44,548 bases of DNA from Candidatus Eiseniibacteriota bacterium (GTDB lineage: Bacteria; Eisenbacteria; RBG-16-71-46): assembly GCA_031364845.1 (NCBI GenBank), contig JANLWX010000228.1, positions 1 through 44,548 of the forward strand. The letters run 5' to 3'. Positions 32,537 through 43,834 of the stretch are shown in pieces; position 1 is the first letter of the stretch; every line of letters begins with the position of its first letter. The translations under genes were made by a program, and so were the position numbers. The notes under the pieces were generated by a model, which worked only from the letters and a program-made list of their open reading frames with translations, made no database searches and was not told where the DNA came from.

Positions 32537-33790
32537 ATGAATGAGCAGGCGCCGGGAACAAATGGTGCGAGGCGTGCGGGAGTGGCGCGGATGAACTCGC
32601 TCTCGCAGTCATTGTTCAGACTCATCTGGCAGGAACATCAGATCTCGCGCGCCGAGATCGCGCGGAACACGGGGCTGTCGCGCTCGACGGTCACCGAAAT
32701 CGTGGACGATCTGCTGCCGACCGGGCTGGTCGCTGAGGTCGGCGTCGGGCCTTCGCGCGGCGGCCGTCCGCCCATCGTGCTCGAGTTCAACTACGAGGCG
32801 GGTTGCATTCTCGGGGTCGACATGGGCGCGGCGCACGTGGCAGTCGCGCTGACCAACCTGCGCGGACATGTGCTGGCGTGGCAGCATCGGTTTCATCCGG
32901 TCCGCACCGATCCTGAAGGCACGCGCGCACTCATCGCAGAGCTGTGCGCCAAGTGTCTGGCCGAGATACCGGGGAGCCGCAAGCTGCTGGTCGGCATCGG
33001 CATCGCAGTCCCGTGCCCGGTCGATCCCCTGCATCCCGATCATCTCTCCGAGGTCGTGCTGCCCGACTGGCGTGGTCGTGGCGGTTTCAAACCGCTCGCC
33101 ACACGCTTTCGGGTGCCGCTGTTCGTGGACAACGACGCCAACCTCGGCGCGCTCGCCGAACGCTGGTGGGGCGCGGGGCGCGGGGTCGATGACTTCGCCT
33201 ACGTGAAGGTCGCAACCGGAGTGGGATCGGGGCACGTCCTTCAAGGCAAGGTTTACCGCGGGGCGACGGGCGTTGCCGGCGAGATCGGACACATGGCGAT
33301 CGATCCACACGGCAAGCCGTGCGTGTGCGGGCTGCGCGGTTGCCTGGCGACTCTGATCGGAGCTCCGGCCCTGGTCGATCGCGCGATCGAGTTGCGGGCC
33401 CAGTTTCCGAACAGCGTGCTGGCCACTGGCCATCTCACGATCGAGACGATCGAGGAAGCTGCGCTGGCCGGTGATCCTCTCGCCGCGCAGATCGTGACCG
33501 AGGCCGGTGGCAATCTCGGCATCGCGATCGCGAGCCTGCTCAACCTGATGAACCCGAGGCTCGTGATCGTGGGCGGCGGGATTTCGCGGCTCGGCGACCA
33601 GTTGCTCGAGCCGTTGCGCGATGTGATCCGCAGGCGGACCCTCGTGAGTTCGCTGGCCGTCGCCGAAGTCCGGACCAGCGAACTGGGCCCGCGGTCCACC
33701 GCGGTGGGCGCCGCGACCTATGTGCTGGATGCGGCGCTCGACGACTGCCGTTTGTTCCCATCCGCGTTCGACCCATCGAGGGCGGCATGA
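32537..33790 (+). CDS. ROK family transcriptional repressor (XylR/NagC-like)
   Basis: wHTH ISRAEIARNTGLSRSTVTEIV, GGRPP linker, DNDANLGALAE, GEIGH, CVCGLRGC Zn motif. ATG 32537 after GAGGGTG; 417 aa. Confidence 0.92.
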   Translation: MNEQAPGTNGARRAGVARMNSLSQSLFRLIWQEHQISRAEIARNTGLSRSTVTEIVDDLLPTGLVAEVGVGPSRGGRPPIVLEFNYEAGCILGVDMGAAHVAVALTNLRGHVLAWQHRFHPVRTDPEGTRALIAELCAKCLAEIPGSRKLLVGIGIAVPCPVDPLHPDHLSEVVLPDWRGRGGFKPLATRFRVPLFVDNDANLGALAERWWGAGRGVDDFAYVKVATGVGSGHVLQGKVYRGATGVAGEIGHMAIDPHGKPCVCGLRGCLATLIGAPALVDRAIELRAQFPNSVLATGHLTIETIEEAALAGDPLAAQIVTEAGGNLGIAIASLLNLMNPRLVIVGGGISRLGDQLLEPLRDVIRRRTLVSSLAVAEVRTSELGPRSTAVGAATYVLDAALDDCRLFPSAFDPSRAA

Positions 33791-34614
33791 TGCGAGGGCG
33801 CCGGGCGACCCTCCGGGCGATGGTGCCCTGCGTGTGCGCGCTCGCCGTCATCGCCTCGAGCGCCGGGTGTGCGAAGCACCCGACCAGGAACCAATGGAAT
33901 CTGGTGTGGCAGGACGAGTTCAACGGCCCCGCCGGACAGCCTCCCGATCCCGCGCGTTGGACGTACGACATCGGCACGGACTGGGGCAATGCGCAGCTCG
34001 AGTACGACACCGCGCGGCCGGAGAACGTCTCGCTCGACGGCGCCGGGAACCTCACGATCACGGCGCGCGAGGAGAGTTACGAGGGGCGAAACTACACCTC
34101 CGGTCGGATCAACACGCGCGGACGCTTCGAACAGGCCACGGGCCGGTTCGAGGCGCGCATGCGCCTGCCGAGTGGGCAGGGCCTGTGGCCGGCGTTCTGG
34201 CTCCTCGGATCCAACTTCGAGACCGCGGGCTGGCCGGCCTGCGGAGAGATCGACATCATGGAGTACCGCGGACAGGAACCGAGCCTGCTGCACGGCAGCC
34301 TTCACGGTCCGGGATACTCCGGCGGCAACGCGGTCACGCGATCGTTCGCGGTCCCGGGCGCCCCGCTCGATTCCGTGTTCCACGTCTTCGCGGTCGAATG
34401 GACCTCCAGCACGATCACCTGGATGCTGGATGACTCCGTCTACTTCACGGTCACACCGTCCAGCGTGCCGGGGTCGTGGGTGTTCAACCATCCGTTCTTC
34501 ATCATTCTCAATCTCGCGGTCGGTGGTGGTTTCGTCGGCGCTCCCGATGCCACTACGACCTTCCCGCAGCAGTTGATCGTGGACTACGTCCGCGTGTACC
34601 GACGCAGCCAATGA
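33787..34614 (+). CDS. GH16 endo-beta-1,3(-1,4)-glucanase (laminarinase-like), lipoprotein
   Basis: LVWQDEF, WGNAQLE, YTSGRI, GLWPAFW, catalytic GEIDIME, NLAVGG, VDYVRVY; lipobox SAG-C; ATGA overlap with ROK. Confidence 0.95.
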   Translation: MMRGRRATLRAMVPCVCALAVIASSAGCAKHPTRNQWNLVWQDEFNGPAGQPPDPARWTYDIGTDWGNAQLEYDTARPENVSLDGAGNLTITAREESYEGRNYTSGRINTRGRFEQATGRFEARMRLPSGQGLWPAFWLLGSNFETAGWPACGEIDIMEYRGQEPSLLHGSLHGPGYSGGNAVTRSFAVPGAPLDSVFHVFAVEWTSSTITWMLDDSVYFTVTPSSVPGSWVFNHPFFIILNLAVGGGFVGAPDATTTFPQQLIVDYVRVYRRSQ

Positions 34615-36296
34615 CCCTACGGGGCCTCACGGCATCGGCCGCCGCCATCGGGGCAATGGCGCTGTCGCTGCTGACACCGGGATGCGCCCGGTCCCGCGCG
34701 CCACTTCCGGATGGAATCCTCGTCGTGTCGCAGGAGCAGCAGTCGTCGTGGGTTCGCAATTTCAACCCGCTCACGACCGCGACTTCGGCCCGGTGGCCCA
34801 CATTGGCAGGCATCTACGAGCCGCTGTTCGTCTTCAACAGCGTGCAGGGCCGGCAGATTCCGTGGCTCGCGACCGCGAGCGAGTGGCTCGAGCAAAACCG
34901 GGTGCTGCGCGTCACGACGCGTGGCGGCGTGCTGTGGTCCGATGGAAGGACGTTCACCGCGCGCGACGTCGCGTTCACGTTCAATCTGCTCAAGCGCTTC
35001 CCGGCGCTCGATCGCCGCGGGGTGTGGGGATTTCTTTCGGCGGTGCGGGCGATCGACGATCGCACGGTGGACTTTCGGTTTTCGCGCGTGTTCATTCCGG
35101 GTTCGGACGAAATCGCGGCACAGCAGATCGTTCCCGAACACGGGTGGCGTGACGTCAAGGATCCGGTGGCATTCGCGAACGAGCATCCGGTGGCGACCGG
35201 TCCGTTCACCGAAGTGAGAGTTTTCAAGAACCAGGTCTACGAACTGGGACGCAATCCACATTACTGGCAACCGGGCCTGCCCAGAGTGGAAGCCCTGCGC
35301 TGCCCCGCGTTTCCCGGGAACGACCGCGCCAATCTGGCGCTCGTCTTCGATGAAGTGGACTGGGCGGGCAACTTCGTGCCGGCGATCGACCGGGTGTATG
35401 TCAGCCGAAAGCCCGAACATCACAAGTACTGGTTTCCACTCACCGGCAGCAGCATTTTTCTCTATGCGAACACCGGGAGAGCGCCGTTCAACGACGTGCG
35501 CGTGCGCAAGGCCCTCAGCATGGCGATCGACCGCGACCTGCTGGTGGATGTCGCGCTCTATCGATACTCCAAGCCGGCCGACGCCACCGGGCTCAGCGAT
35601 GCGTATTCGACGTGGCGTGATTCCGCGGCGGTCGCGAGCGGCGATTGGGTGCGCCACGACGTGGCACGCGCGTCCGCGCTGCTCGACGAGGCAGGATTCA
35701 AGCGAGGCGCCGATGGCAAGCGGCAACTCCCCGACGGGAAGCCGTGGCAGTACGAGATCCTCTGTGTCTCCGGCTGGTCCGACTGGGTGCGGGCGGCACA
35801 GGTGATCGCGCGCGGGTTTCAGGAGGTGGGCATCGACGCCACGGTGCGGACCTACGATTTCAGCGCGTGGTTCCAGCGCGTGCAGGAGGGCAACTTCGAT
35901 CTGAGCCTGGGCTGGTCGTTCGAGGGGCCGACCCCCTATACGTTCTACCAGTGGCTGATGGCATCCTCCACCGTGAAGCCCGCCGGCGTCGCGTCGATGG
36001 GCAACTGGCACCGCTATGGCAGCGCCGCGGCGACCCGGGCCCTCGCGGACTTCGAGCGCGAGGCCGACCCTGTCGCCCAGCGTCGCCTGTGCGCCGAGAT
36101 CCAACGCGTGTTCGTCGCCGAGGCCCCGGCGATACCGCTCTATCCCAATCCATCGTGGGCCGAATACAACACGAGCCGCATCGAGGGCTTCCCGTCGCGC
36201 GAAACCCCTTACGCGGATGCGTCTCCCAACAAGTTCGATCGCGGCGAACTGCTGCTGGTGCTGACGCGCATCACGCCCAAACCGGTGGCACGATGA
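34611..36296 (+). CDS. ABC transporter family-5 substrate-binding lipoprotein (oligosaccharide-binding OppA-like)
   Basis: Lipobox TPG-C, NFNP, WSDG..FTARDVAFTF, TGPF, VRKALSMAIDR, and GWSDW as in Thermotoga-type beta-glucoside binders. ATG 34611 overlaps the GH16 stop; 561 aa. Confidence 0.92.
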   Translation: MTLRGLTASAAAIGAMALSLLTPGCARSRAPLPDGILVVSQEQQSSWVRNFNPLTTATSARWPTLAGIYEPLFVFNSVQGRQIPWLATASEWLEQNRVLRVTTRGGVLWSDGRTFTARDVAFTFNLLKRFPALDRRGVWGFLSAVRAIDDRTVDFRFSRVFIPGSDEIAAQQIVPEHGWRDVKDPVAFANEHPVATGPFTEVRVFKNQVYELGRNPHYWQPGLPRVEALRCPAFPGNDRANLALVFDEVDWAGNFVPAIDRVYVSRKPEHHKYWFPLTGSSIFLYANTGRAPFNDVRVRKALSMAIDRDLLVDVALYRYSKPADATGLSDAYSTWRDSAAVASGDWVRHDVARASALLDEAGFKRGADGKRQLPDGKPWQYEILCVSGWSDWVRAAQVIARGFQEVGIDATVRTYDFSAWFQRVQEGNFDLSLGWSFEGPTPYTFYQWLMASSTVKPAGVASMGNWHRYGSAAATRALADFEREADPVAQRRLCAEIQRVFVAEAPAIPLYPNPSWAEYNTSRIEGFPSRETPYADASPNKFDRGELLLVLTRITPKPVAR

Positions 36297-37276
36297 GATT
36301 CCTGCTGCGGCGGCTCGGTTTCTACTGTGTCGCGGCGTGGGTGGCGCTGACGCTCAACTTCTTCCTGCCGCGCCTGATGCCAGGCGATCCGGCCACGGCC
36401 TTGTTCGCGCGCTTTCGCGGGCGCCTCGGGCCCGAAGCGCTGCAGGCGCTGCGTGAGACCTTCGGCCTCACCGACGCCCCGCTGTGGAGTCAGTACCTGA
36501 CCTACATCGGCCACGCCCTGCGCGGCGACTTCGGCATTTCGGTCGCCTACTTCCCGACGCCGGTCGCGCAGGTCATCGGCACCGGACTCCTGTGGACGAT
36601 CTTTCTCGCGGGCAGCGCGGTCATCGTGAGCTTCGCCATCGGCACTCTGCTCGGCATCGCCGCGGCCTGGTGGCGGCGTGGCTGGATCGACGCCCTGCTG
36701 CCCCCGTCGCTCGTGTTCATCGGTGCGCTCCCGTACTTCTGGCTCGCGATGGTTTCGCTCTACGTGCTCGGGTTTTCTCTGGGCTGGTTCCCGCTCGGTC
36801 ATGCGTATTCGGACGACCTGACGCCGAGCTTCTCCCCGGTGTTCCTCGCCGACGTCGCGGCGCACGCGGTGCTTCCGGTGGGCTCGATCGTCATCGCGAC
36901 CCTCGGCGGATGGCTGCTGTCGATGCGCAATACCATGATCACGATCCTCGGCTCGGACTACGTGAACCTCGCCCGGGCCAAGGGTCTCGATCCCGCCCGG
37001 GTCGTGCTGCGCTACGCCGCGCGCAATGCGCTGCTTCCGAGCATCACGAGTTTCGGCATGGCGCTCGGCTTCGTGCTCGGCGGATCGCTGCTCACCGAAG
37101 TCGTGTTCTCCTATCCCGGCCAGGGCTATCTGCTGGTGCAGGCGGTTCGCAGCCAGGACTATCCCCTCATGCAGGGAATCTTTCTCGTCATCACGCTCGC
37201 GGTGCTCGGCGCCAACTGGCTCGTCGACATCGTCTACCTGTGGCTTGATCCACGGATCCGGGATTCCGCGTCATGA
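36293..37276 (+). CDS. ABC transporter permease (OppB-like)
   Basis: FFLPRLMPGDP, DYVNLARAKGL (EAA), TEVVFSYPGQG, QDYPLMQG, LDPRIR. ATG 36293 overlaps the SBP stop; 327 aa. Confidence 0.93.
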   Translation: MRFLLRRLGFYCVAAWVALTLNFFLPRLMPGDPATALFARFRGRLGPEALQALRETFGLTDAPLWSQYLTYIGHALRGDFGISVAYFPTPVAQVIGTGLLWTIFLAGSAVIVSFAIGTLLGIAAAWWRRGWIDALLPPSLVFIGALPYFWLAMVSLYVLGFSLGWFPLGHAYSDDLTPSFSPVFLADVAAHAVLPVGSIVIATLGGWLLSMRNTMITILGSDYVNLARAKGLDPARVVLRYAARNALLPSITSFGMALGFVLGGSLLTEVVFSYPGQGYLLVQAVRSQDYPLMQGIFLVITLAVLGANWLVDIVYLWLDPRIRDSAS

Positions 37277-38214
37277 GCGCGCCGGGCAGCCCGCGCAGCA
37301 TCGGCATCGCGCTGTGGTGGGAGGCGATTCGCCGCGACCGCAAGGCGGGTATGGGGGCGGCGGTGCTTCTGGTATTCGCGTTCATCGCCCTGTTCGGCCC
37401 GCTGCTCGTCGGTGACCCGCAGGCACTGGTGGGCATCCCGCTCCAGCCGCCCTCGCTGCAGCACCTGCTCGGGACCACCGGCCAGGGCCAGGACGTGCTG
37501 ACGCAATTGGTGATCGGAACCCGCGTGTCGTTGCTGATCGGTTTCGGCGTGGGACTCGCGGTCGTCCTGATCGGAGCACTGGTGGGAGTGACCGCCGGCT
37601 TCTACGGCGGGCGCATCGACGGCCTGCTCTCCCTGTTGTTCAATGTGTTCCTCGTGATTCCGGGGTTGCCGCTCGCAATCGTGATCGCGGCCTACCTGCC
37701 GACGGGATCGTTCACCCTCGCGCTGGTGCTGATCGTCACGGGCTGGGCGTGGAACGCGCGCGTGATTCGCGCGCAAACGCTGAGCTTGCGCCAGCGCGAC
37801 TTCGTCGCGGCGGTGATCGTCACGGGCGAGTCGGATGCGCGCATCATCCTGAGCGAGATCCTGCCCACGATGACGTCGTTGCTCGTCGCTCAGGTCATCG
37901 GCAGCACGATCTACGCGATCGGCGCACAGGTCGGTCTCGAGTTCCTCGGGCTCGGCGATGTCTCGGCCGTGACCTGGGGCACCAACCTCTACTGGGCTCA
38001 GAACGATTCGGCCCTTCTCACCGGCGCGTGGTGGACCTTTGCTCCCACCGGAATCTGTGTCGCGCTGGTGGGGTTTGGCCTCAGCATGCTGAACTCGGGA
38101 TTCGATGAGATCACGAACCCCCGGCTCCAGCTCGAACGCGCATGGCGCGATCACCTCGGCCGGCACGGGATGAAGCCCGCGCGGTCCACTCCGGTGGTAC
38201 GGAACCATGACTGA
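37273..38214 (+). CDS. ABC transporter permease (OppC-like)
   Basis: HLLGTTGQGQDV, RAQTLSLRQRDFV, LEFLGLG, WGTNL, DEITNPRL. Confidence 0.93.
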   Translation: MSAPGSPRSIGIALWWEAIRRDRKAGMGAAVLLVFAFIALFGPLLVGDPQALVGIPLQPPSLQHLLGTTGQGQDVLTQLVIGTRVSLLIGFGVGLAVVLIGALVGVTAGFYGGRIDGLLSLLFNVFLVIPGLPLAIVIAAYLPTGSFTLALVLIVTGWAWNARVIRAQTLSLRQRDFVAAVIVTGESDARIILSEILPTMTSLLVAQVIGSTIYAIGAQVGLEFLGLGDVSAVTWGTNLYWAQNDSALLTGAWWTFAPTGICVALVGFGLSMLNSGFDEITNPRLQLERAWRDHLGRHGMKPARSTPVVRNHD

Positions 38215-39166
38215 ACCCATTCTCACGGTCCGCGACCTGTGCGTCGACTACATCACCGATCGCGGACCGGTGCGTGCCATCGACCGCGTGTCGCTCGAGG
38301 TGGGTCATGGCGAGATCCTCGGCGTCGCCGGTGAGTCCGGCAGCGGCAAATCGACCATGGCTCAAGCGCTGCTGCGAATCCTGCCTCCGCCCGCGGTGAT
38401 TTCCGGTGGCGAGGTTCTGCTCGGAAGCACCAATCTCCTCGCGCTGTCAGAACCGGAGTTGCGGGAGTTGCGGTGGAAGCGATTCTCGATGGTGTTCCAG
38501 AGCGCCATGGACGCCTTGAACCCGGTGATCACCGTCGGGGAGCAATTGATCGACACGCTGCAGGCGCATACGCCGATGAACGCGCATCAGGCGCGCGAGC
38601 GCGCCACGAAGCTGCTCGGCATGGTCGGCATTCCGCCGGCGCAACTCGACGCCTATGCCCACCAACTCTCGGGCGGGATGCGCCAGCGCATCGGTATCGC
38701 CATCGCGCTCACGCTCGAGCCTTCGCTCGTGATCCTCGATGAACCGACGACCGCGCTCGATGTGATCGTCGAGCGCGAGATCCTGGAGCAGATTCGCGAA
38801 CTTCAGACCCGTCTCGGCTTCTCGGTGATCTTCATCACCCACGACCTCGGACGGATGCTCCAGTTCTCGGACCGGGTCGCCGTGTTCTACGCCGCGCGGC
38901 TCGTCGAGATCGGGCCTGCCGATTCATTGCGCAACGCGCCCCGGCATCCGTATACGCAGGGGCTGCTGCGCGCGTTCCCCTCGTTGCACGGGGAATCGAC
39001 CGGCCGTGAAAGCATCGGGGGCGCGCCGCCAAGTCTGCAGAATCCGCCGCCTGGCTGCCGGTTCCACCCGCGCTGCCCGCTGGCGATGGACCGGTGCCGC
39101 ATCGAGCAGCCGGAACTGCTCGCAATCGAGCCGGAACATTCCGTCGCCTGCTTCGCGGTGCAGTAG
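38207..39166 (+). CDS. ABC transporter ATP-binding protein (OppD-like)
   Basis: Walker A GESGSGKST, LSGGMRQR, DEPTTALD, ITHD, HPYT, and C-terminal CRFHPRC..C..C cluster. Confidence 0.95.
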   Translation: MTEPILTVRDLCVDYITDRGPVRAIDRVSLEVGHGEILGVAGESGSGKSTMAQALLRILPPPAVISGGEVLLGSTNLLALSEPELRELRWKRFSMVFQSAMDALNPVITVGEQLIDTLQAHTPMNAHQARERATKLLGMVGIPPAQLDAYAHQLSGGMRQRIGIAIALTLEPSLVILDEPTTALDVIVEREILEQIRELQTRLGFSVIFITHDLGRMLQFSDRVAVFYAARLVEIGPADSLRNAPRHPYTQGLLRAFPSLHGESTGRESIGGAPPSLQNPPPGCRFHPRCPLAMDRCRIEQPELLAIEPEHSVACFAVQ

Positions 39167-39178
39167 CGGTATGCAGCG

Positions 39179-39208
39179 CGGGCGTGAGCCCTGAGGGACC
39201 CACGCCCG
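39179..39208. terminator. GC-rich stem-loop between convergent operons
   Basis: CGGGCGTG...CACGCCCG 8-bp outer stem with inner CCC-TGA-GGG, between stops at 39166 and 39234. Confidence 0.45.
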
Positions 39209-39233
39209 GATTACGGCAGTCTTCCCGCCTCCG

Positions 39234-42200
39234 CTACATCGCCAGCCGCACGTAGGTCCGGATCTCCCACTCGTTGCCGTTCGGGGAACCGTCGAAGCGG
39301 ATCCACTGGTTGGAGATCGTGTCGAGATACCGCTCGGTGTAGCGTGGGGTGTGCTCGTCCAGCGACCGCCACGTGCCGCGAACACCGATCCGGGTTTGAG
39401 CGTTGGTGTCGAACCACGTCGGAGCGCCCAGCGAATGGGACAGGTCGCCCATCAACTGGACCGGGTAGGTCAGGTTGAAATCCCGGTGATAGTCGTAGGT
39501 ACCCCAATCATTGAACTTGGCGAACGCGGAGAGGGTGGCGCTGCCCCCTGTAACTTTGAAGTCGGCACCCGAACGCGTGACGAGGCGCGGATCGTCGGAC
39601 AGACTGGGCTCCCCGGTTCCGTAGTAGGCGTGCGCCACGACGCGCACGCCGGTGCCAATGCGTGAGACGGCCCGCATGTTGATCTCCCACAGGTCGCGCG
39701 GCGGAGTCGAGCCGGCGAAGGCGAAGTATGCCACGCCGAACGAATCGGCCTGGGCCTCCGAGAAGAACCCAATAGCCGGATCCATGTTCGTCGGCATGTG
39801 GCGGTAGACGAAGCCGATGCTGCCGGCCAGGCGTGACTCCTCGCGAACATCGTTGTCCCACGCGTAGAGCCACGAAGCGGGCGTGGGATCGTAGCTGATG
39901 AGCAGCTCGGCGGCGGTCATCTCGCGGTTGGCGCGCACCGAGAACGGATCCTTGAAGTTGTCGCGCCAGATCTGCTTGTCGCGGGTCGCCTTCGCCGGAA
40001 TCGGACCGACAATGGGTTTCTGCCACCGGAAGTTGGGGCCGAACTGGAAGTGCCCCGAGTTGTAGGCAAAGCCGGTCAGGATGTTGCGCTGGTTCCCGAG
40101 GCCCAAGTCCTTGAGGGTCCAGCCGGTATAGGTCGCGGTCCCCGTCGGCCCGCCTTCGGCGACGATGCCCATGGACGCACCCTGCGCATACCATTGCAGC
40201 GGGCCGCGCGCCGCCGCGATACGAAACTTTCCGCCGAACGCATCCGCGGGATGAACGTAGTCGCGCAGGAACCTGTATGTGGTGTCCTCACGGACCGCTA
40301 CAGGGAAGTACTCATCCACGCGATTGGCCCCAGCCCAGATCCCTCCGGCCTCGAGGGTGAACGGACCGTGAGCCGTCTTGAGGTGAAGCGTCGTCTTCGT
40401 GGTCGGCAGAAGCCGGACACTGGTCGAACCAACGATCGTGAACCCGCTCTGGGTCGGCAGATCCTTCTCCACGACGGCGGTCGCGTCGAAGCGGCCGACC
40501 TGGCGGCGGTACTTGAACAACGCGGTCGGCGGCGCGCCCCACCACACTTGTGGTCCGAAGGCCGCCTTGAGCCCGCTCAGCGCCCGCTTGCCGCTCAATT
40601 CGAGACCGATCGGGGCCTCGGCATTGTAGATGTCGATATTGGGGCCGTAATTGGCTTCGCGGTAGAGCCCGAAGAAATCTCCCTCGTATCCCCAGTGGTA
40701 GTGGCCGGTCCGGTAGAAACCCTGCAAACCGAACCAGCGATCGTCCCAGCTCATGCTGGCCTGGTAGACCCGCACGCGCTCGTACCCTCCGGTCGTGACT
40801 CTATTGCCGTTGATGGTCGCGAGCGGCCGAATCGGCGAGCGATTCTCGTAGAAGATCTGATCGATCGGGTTATTCGGAACATTGCCCAGGATGTTGATGG
40901 AGAGATTGGCGGTCACGGCCGGCGACGGTTGCGCCTGGAAGTCCGTGTAGAACGACTGCAGGTGGTCGAAGCCCTGGGCCGAGGGCTGCTCGACTTTTTC
41001 GGGATCGCCGAGCCGGGGTGTGGTCACGAAGTGCCCGCCCGTGCTGATGGTTTCGAACTGCATGCGCACGCCGGACACGCGGACGCGCTCGAGGGCATTC
41101 GTTGCGAGTGCCGCGCGGTCGCCCCGCGCTTCGAGCGCGGATCCTCCCGGAGTGATCACCGCGAAATGCGCCCGGATGACTTCGCCGCTCGTCCCGGTCG
41201 CATAGGGATCGAGCGCGAACACTTTGCGCAGCGCGTAGTACGCCGCGCGCGGGTAGAGTTCGTACAGACCGCGGCTGTCCGGAGAGCCCTTGGCGCAGAT
41301 GCCCCACCACTCTTCGTTCATGTTGAACTCGCCCGCCACGAAGTCCTCGGGGTAGCCGGCATTGGGCCACGAGGCATTCGCGTCGTGGATGTCGAGGCGC
41401 TCTTCCTGCTTGTACTTCCACCAGCCATCCGACCACTGGAACACGCAGCCGCCGATCGCGTTGCCCTCCTGCCCGTGGCCTGCGCTCTTCTCGTAGATCT
41501 CGCGCCACAGCCCGATCAGGTAGCGCGCCTGCATCGGCTGGTCCTCGCGGAGGTCGCGCGCGTTAAAGGCATCGGAACCGAACTCGGTGTACATGACCGG
41601 AATGCCGAGCTTGTCCTTGACGACCTGGAACAGGTCGCGCGACGAGATGCCGCGATAGACATTCGTGCCCAGAATGTCGATGCCTTTGCACTCCTCTGCG
41701 ATCACGTCGATGTACTGGAGGTCGCCATTGGCGATGGCCACCGGCACATCGGGATCCTTTTCCTTCGTGGCACGAGCGATCTCGCCGAACAGCGAATACA
41801 GGAAACGCGCGCGGGCCACATCCCGCTCGCCCTTGGGCAGAGCCTCGATCTCGAACGAACTCCACGACAGTCCGTAGTTGTTTTCGTTGCCGAGCAGGTA
41901 CATCAGCACACCGGGGCAGCCGCGGTATTGCTGCATGGTGGCAGCGACGTCGGCGGCGATCGCGGCTCGCATGCGCGGATTGGAGTAATCGGTGTTCTGG
42001 TTCCACACGCCGTCCAGCGTGAAACCATAGCGGCCGACGGTGTGGTTGATGATGCTGTAGATCCCGTAGCGGTCGTGGATGTAGCGCACCCAGCGTGCCG
42101 GAATACCTGTGTAGACGCGGATGGCGTTGACACCCATTCCCGCCAGCAGTGACATCTCGCGGTCCAGCGCCGCCGTGATCATGTCCTCGGGTTGCTGCCA

Positions 42201-42439
42201 CAGGTTGTAGGCATAGTTCTGCCCGATCGGGATGTAGTCCCAGTTCATTCCCTTGACGAGAAAATCGCGGCCATCCACCTGCAGGCGCGAGCCCGTGGCG
42301 TCCGTGAGCACGGTTACCGGCTGTCGGCGGGCCGTGGAGTCGACCTGCGCCCTGGAGATCGCGGGCAACGCGACCAGCAGAATCGACAGCACAGCGAGGG
42401 TCGTGGCACTGGACTTCGGCTTGCGGGTGGCGAGCGGAA

Positions 42440-42443
<4 letters not shown>
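39234..42443 (-). CDS. Clan GH-A (GH2 TIM-barrel-like) glycoside hydrolase fused to a predicted outer-membrane beta-barrel
   Basis: Signal peptide; KGMNW, MGVNAIRVY, acid/base LGNENNY, nucleophile YTEFG, FQWSDGWWK, NEEWWGI. The C-terminal ~600 aa consist of amphipathic beta-strands ending EWEIRTYVRLAM. GTG overlaps the GH1 stop and follows AGGAG. Confidence 0.85.
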
Positions 42444-43831
<1,388 letters not shown>

Positions 43832-43834
43832 GGA

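Noticed and set aside
34611..39166. Annotation as an oligopeptide/nickel transporter
   Set aside because: The fold family is Opp-like, but the GH16/GH1/ROK context and the NFNP/GWSDW motifs favour oligosaccharide import.
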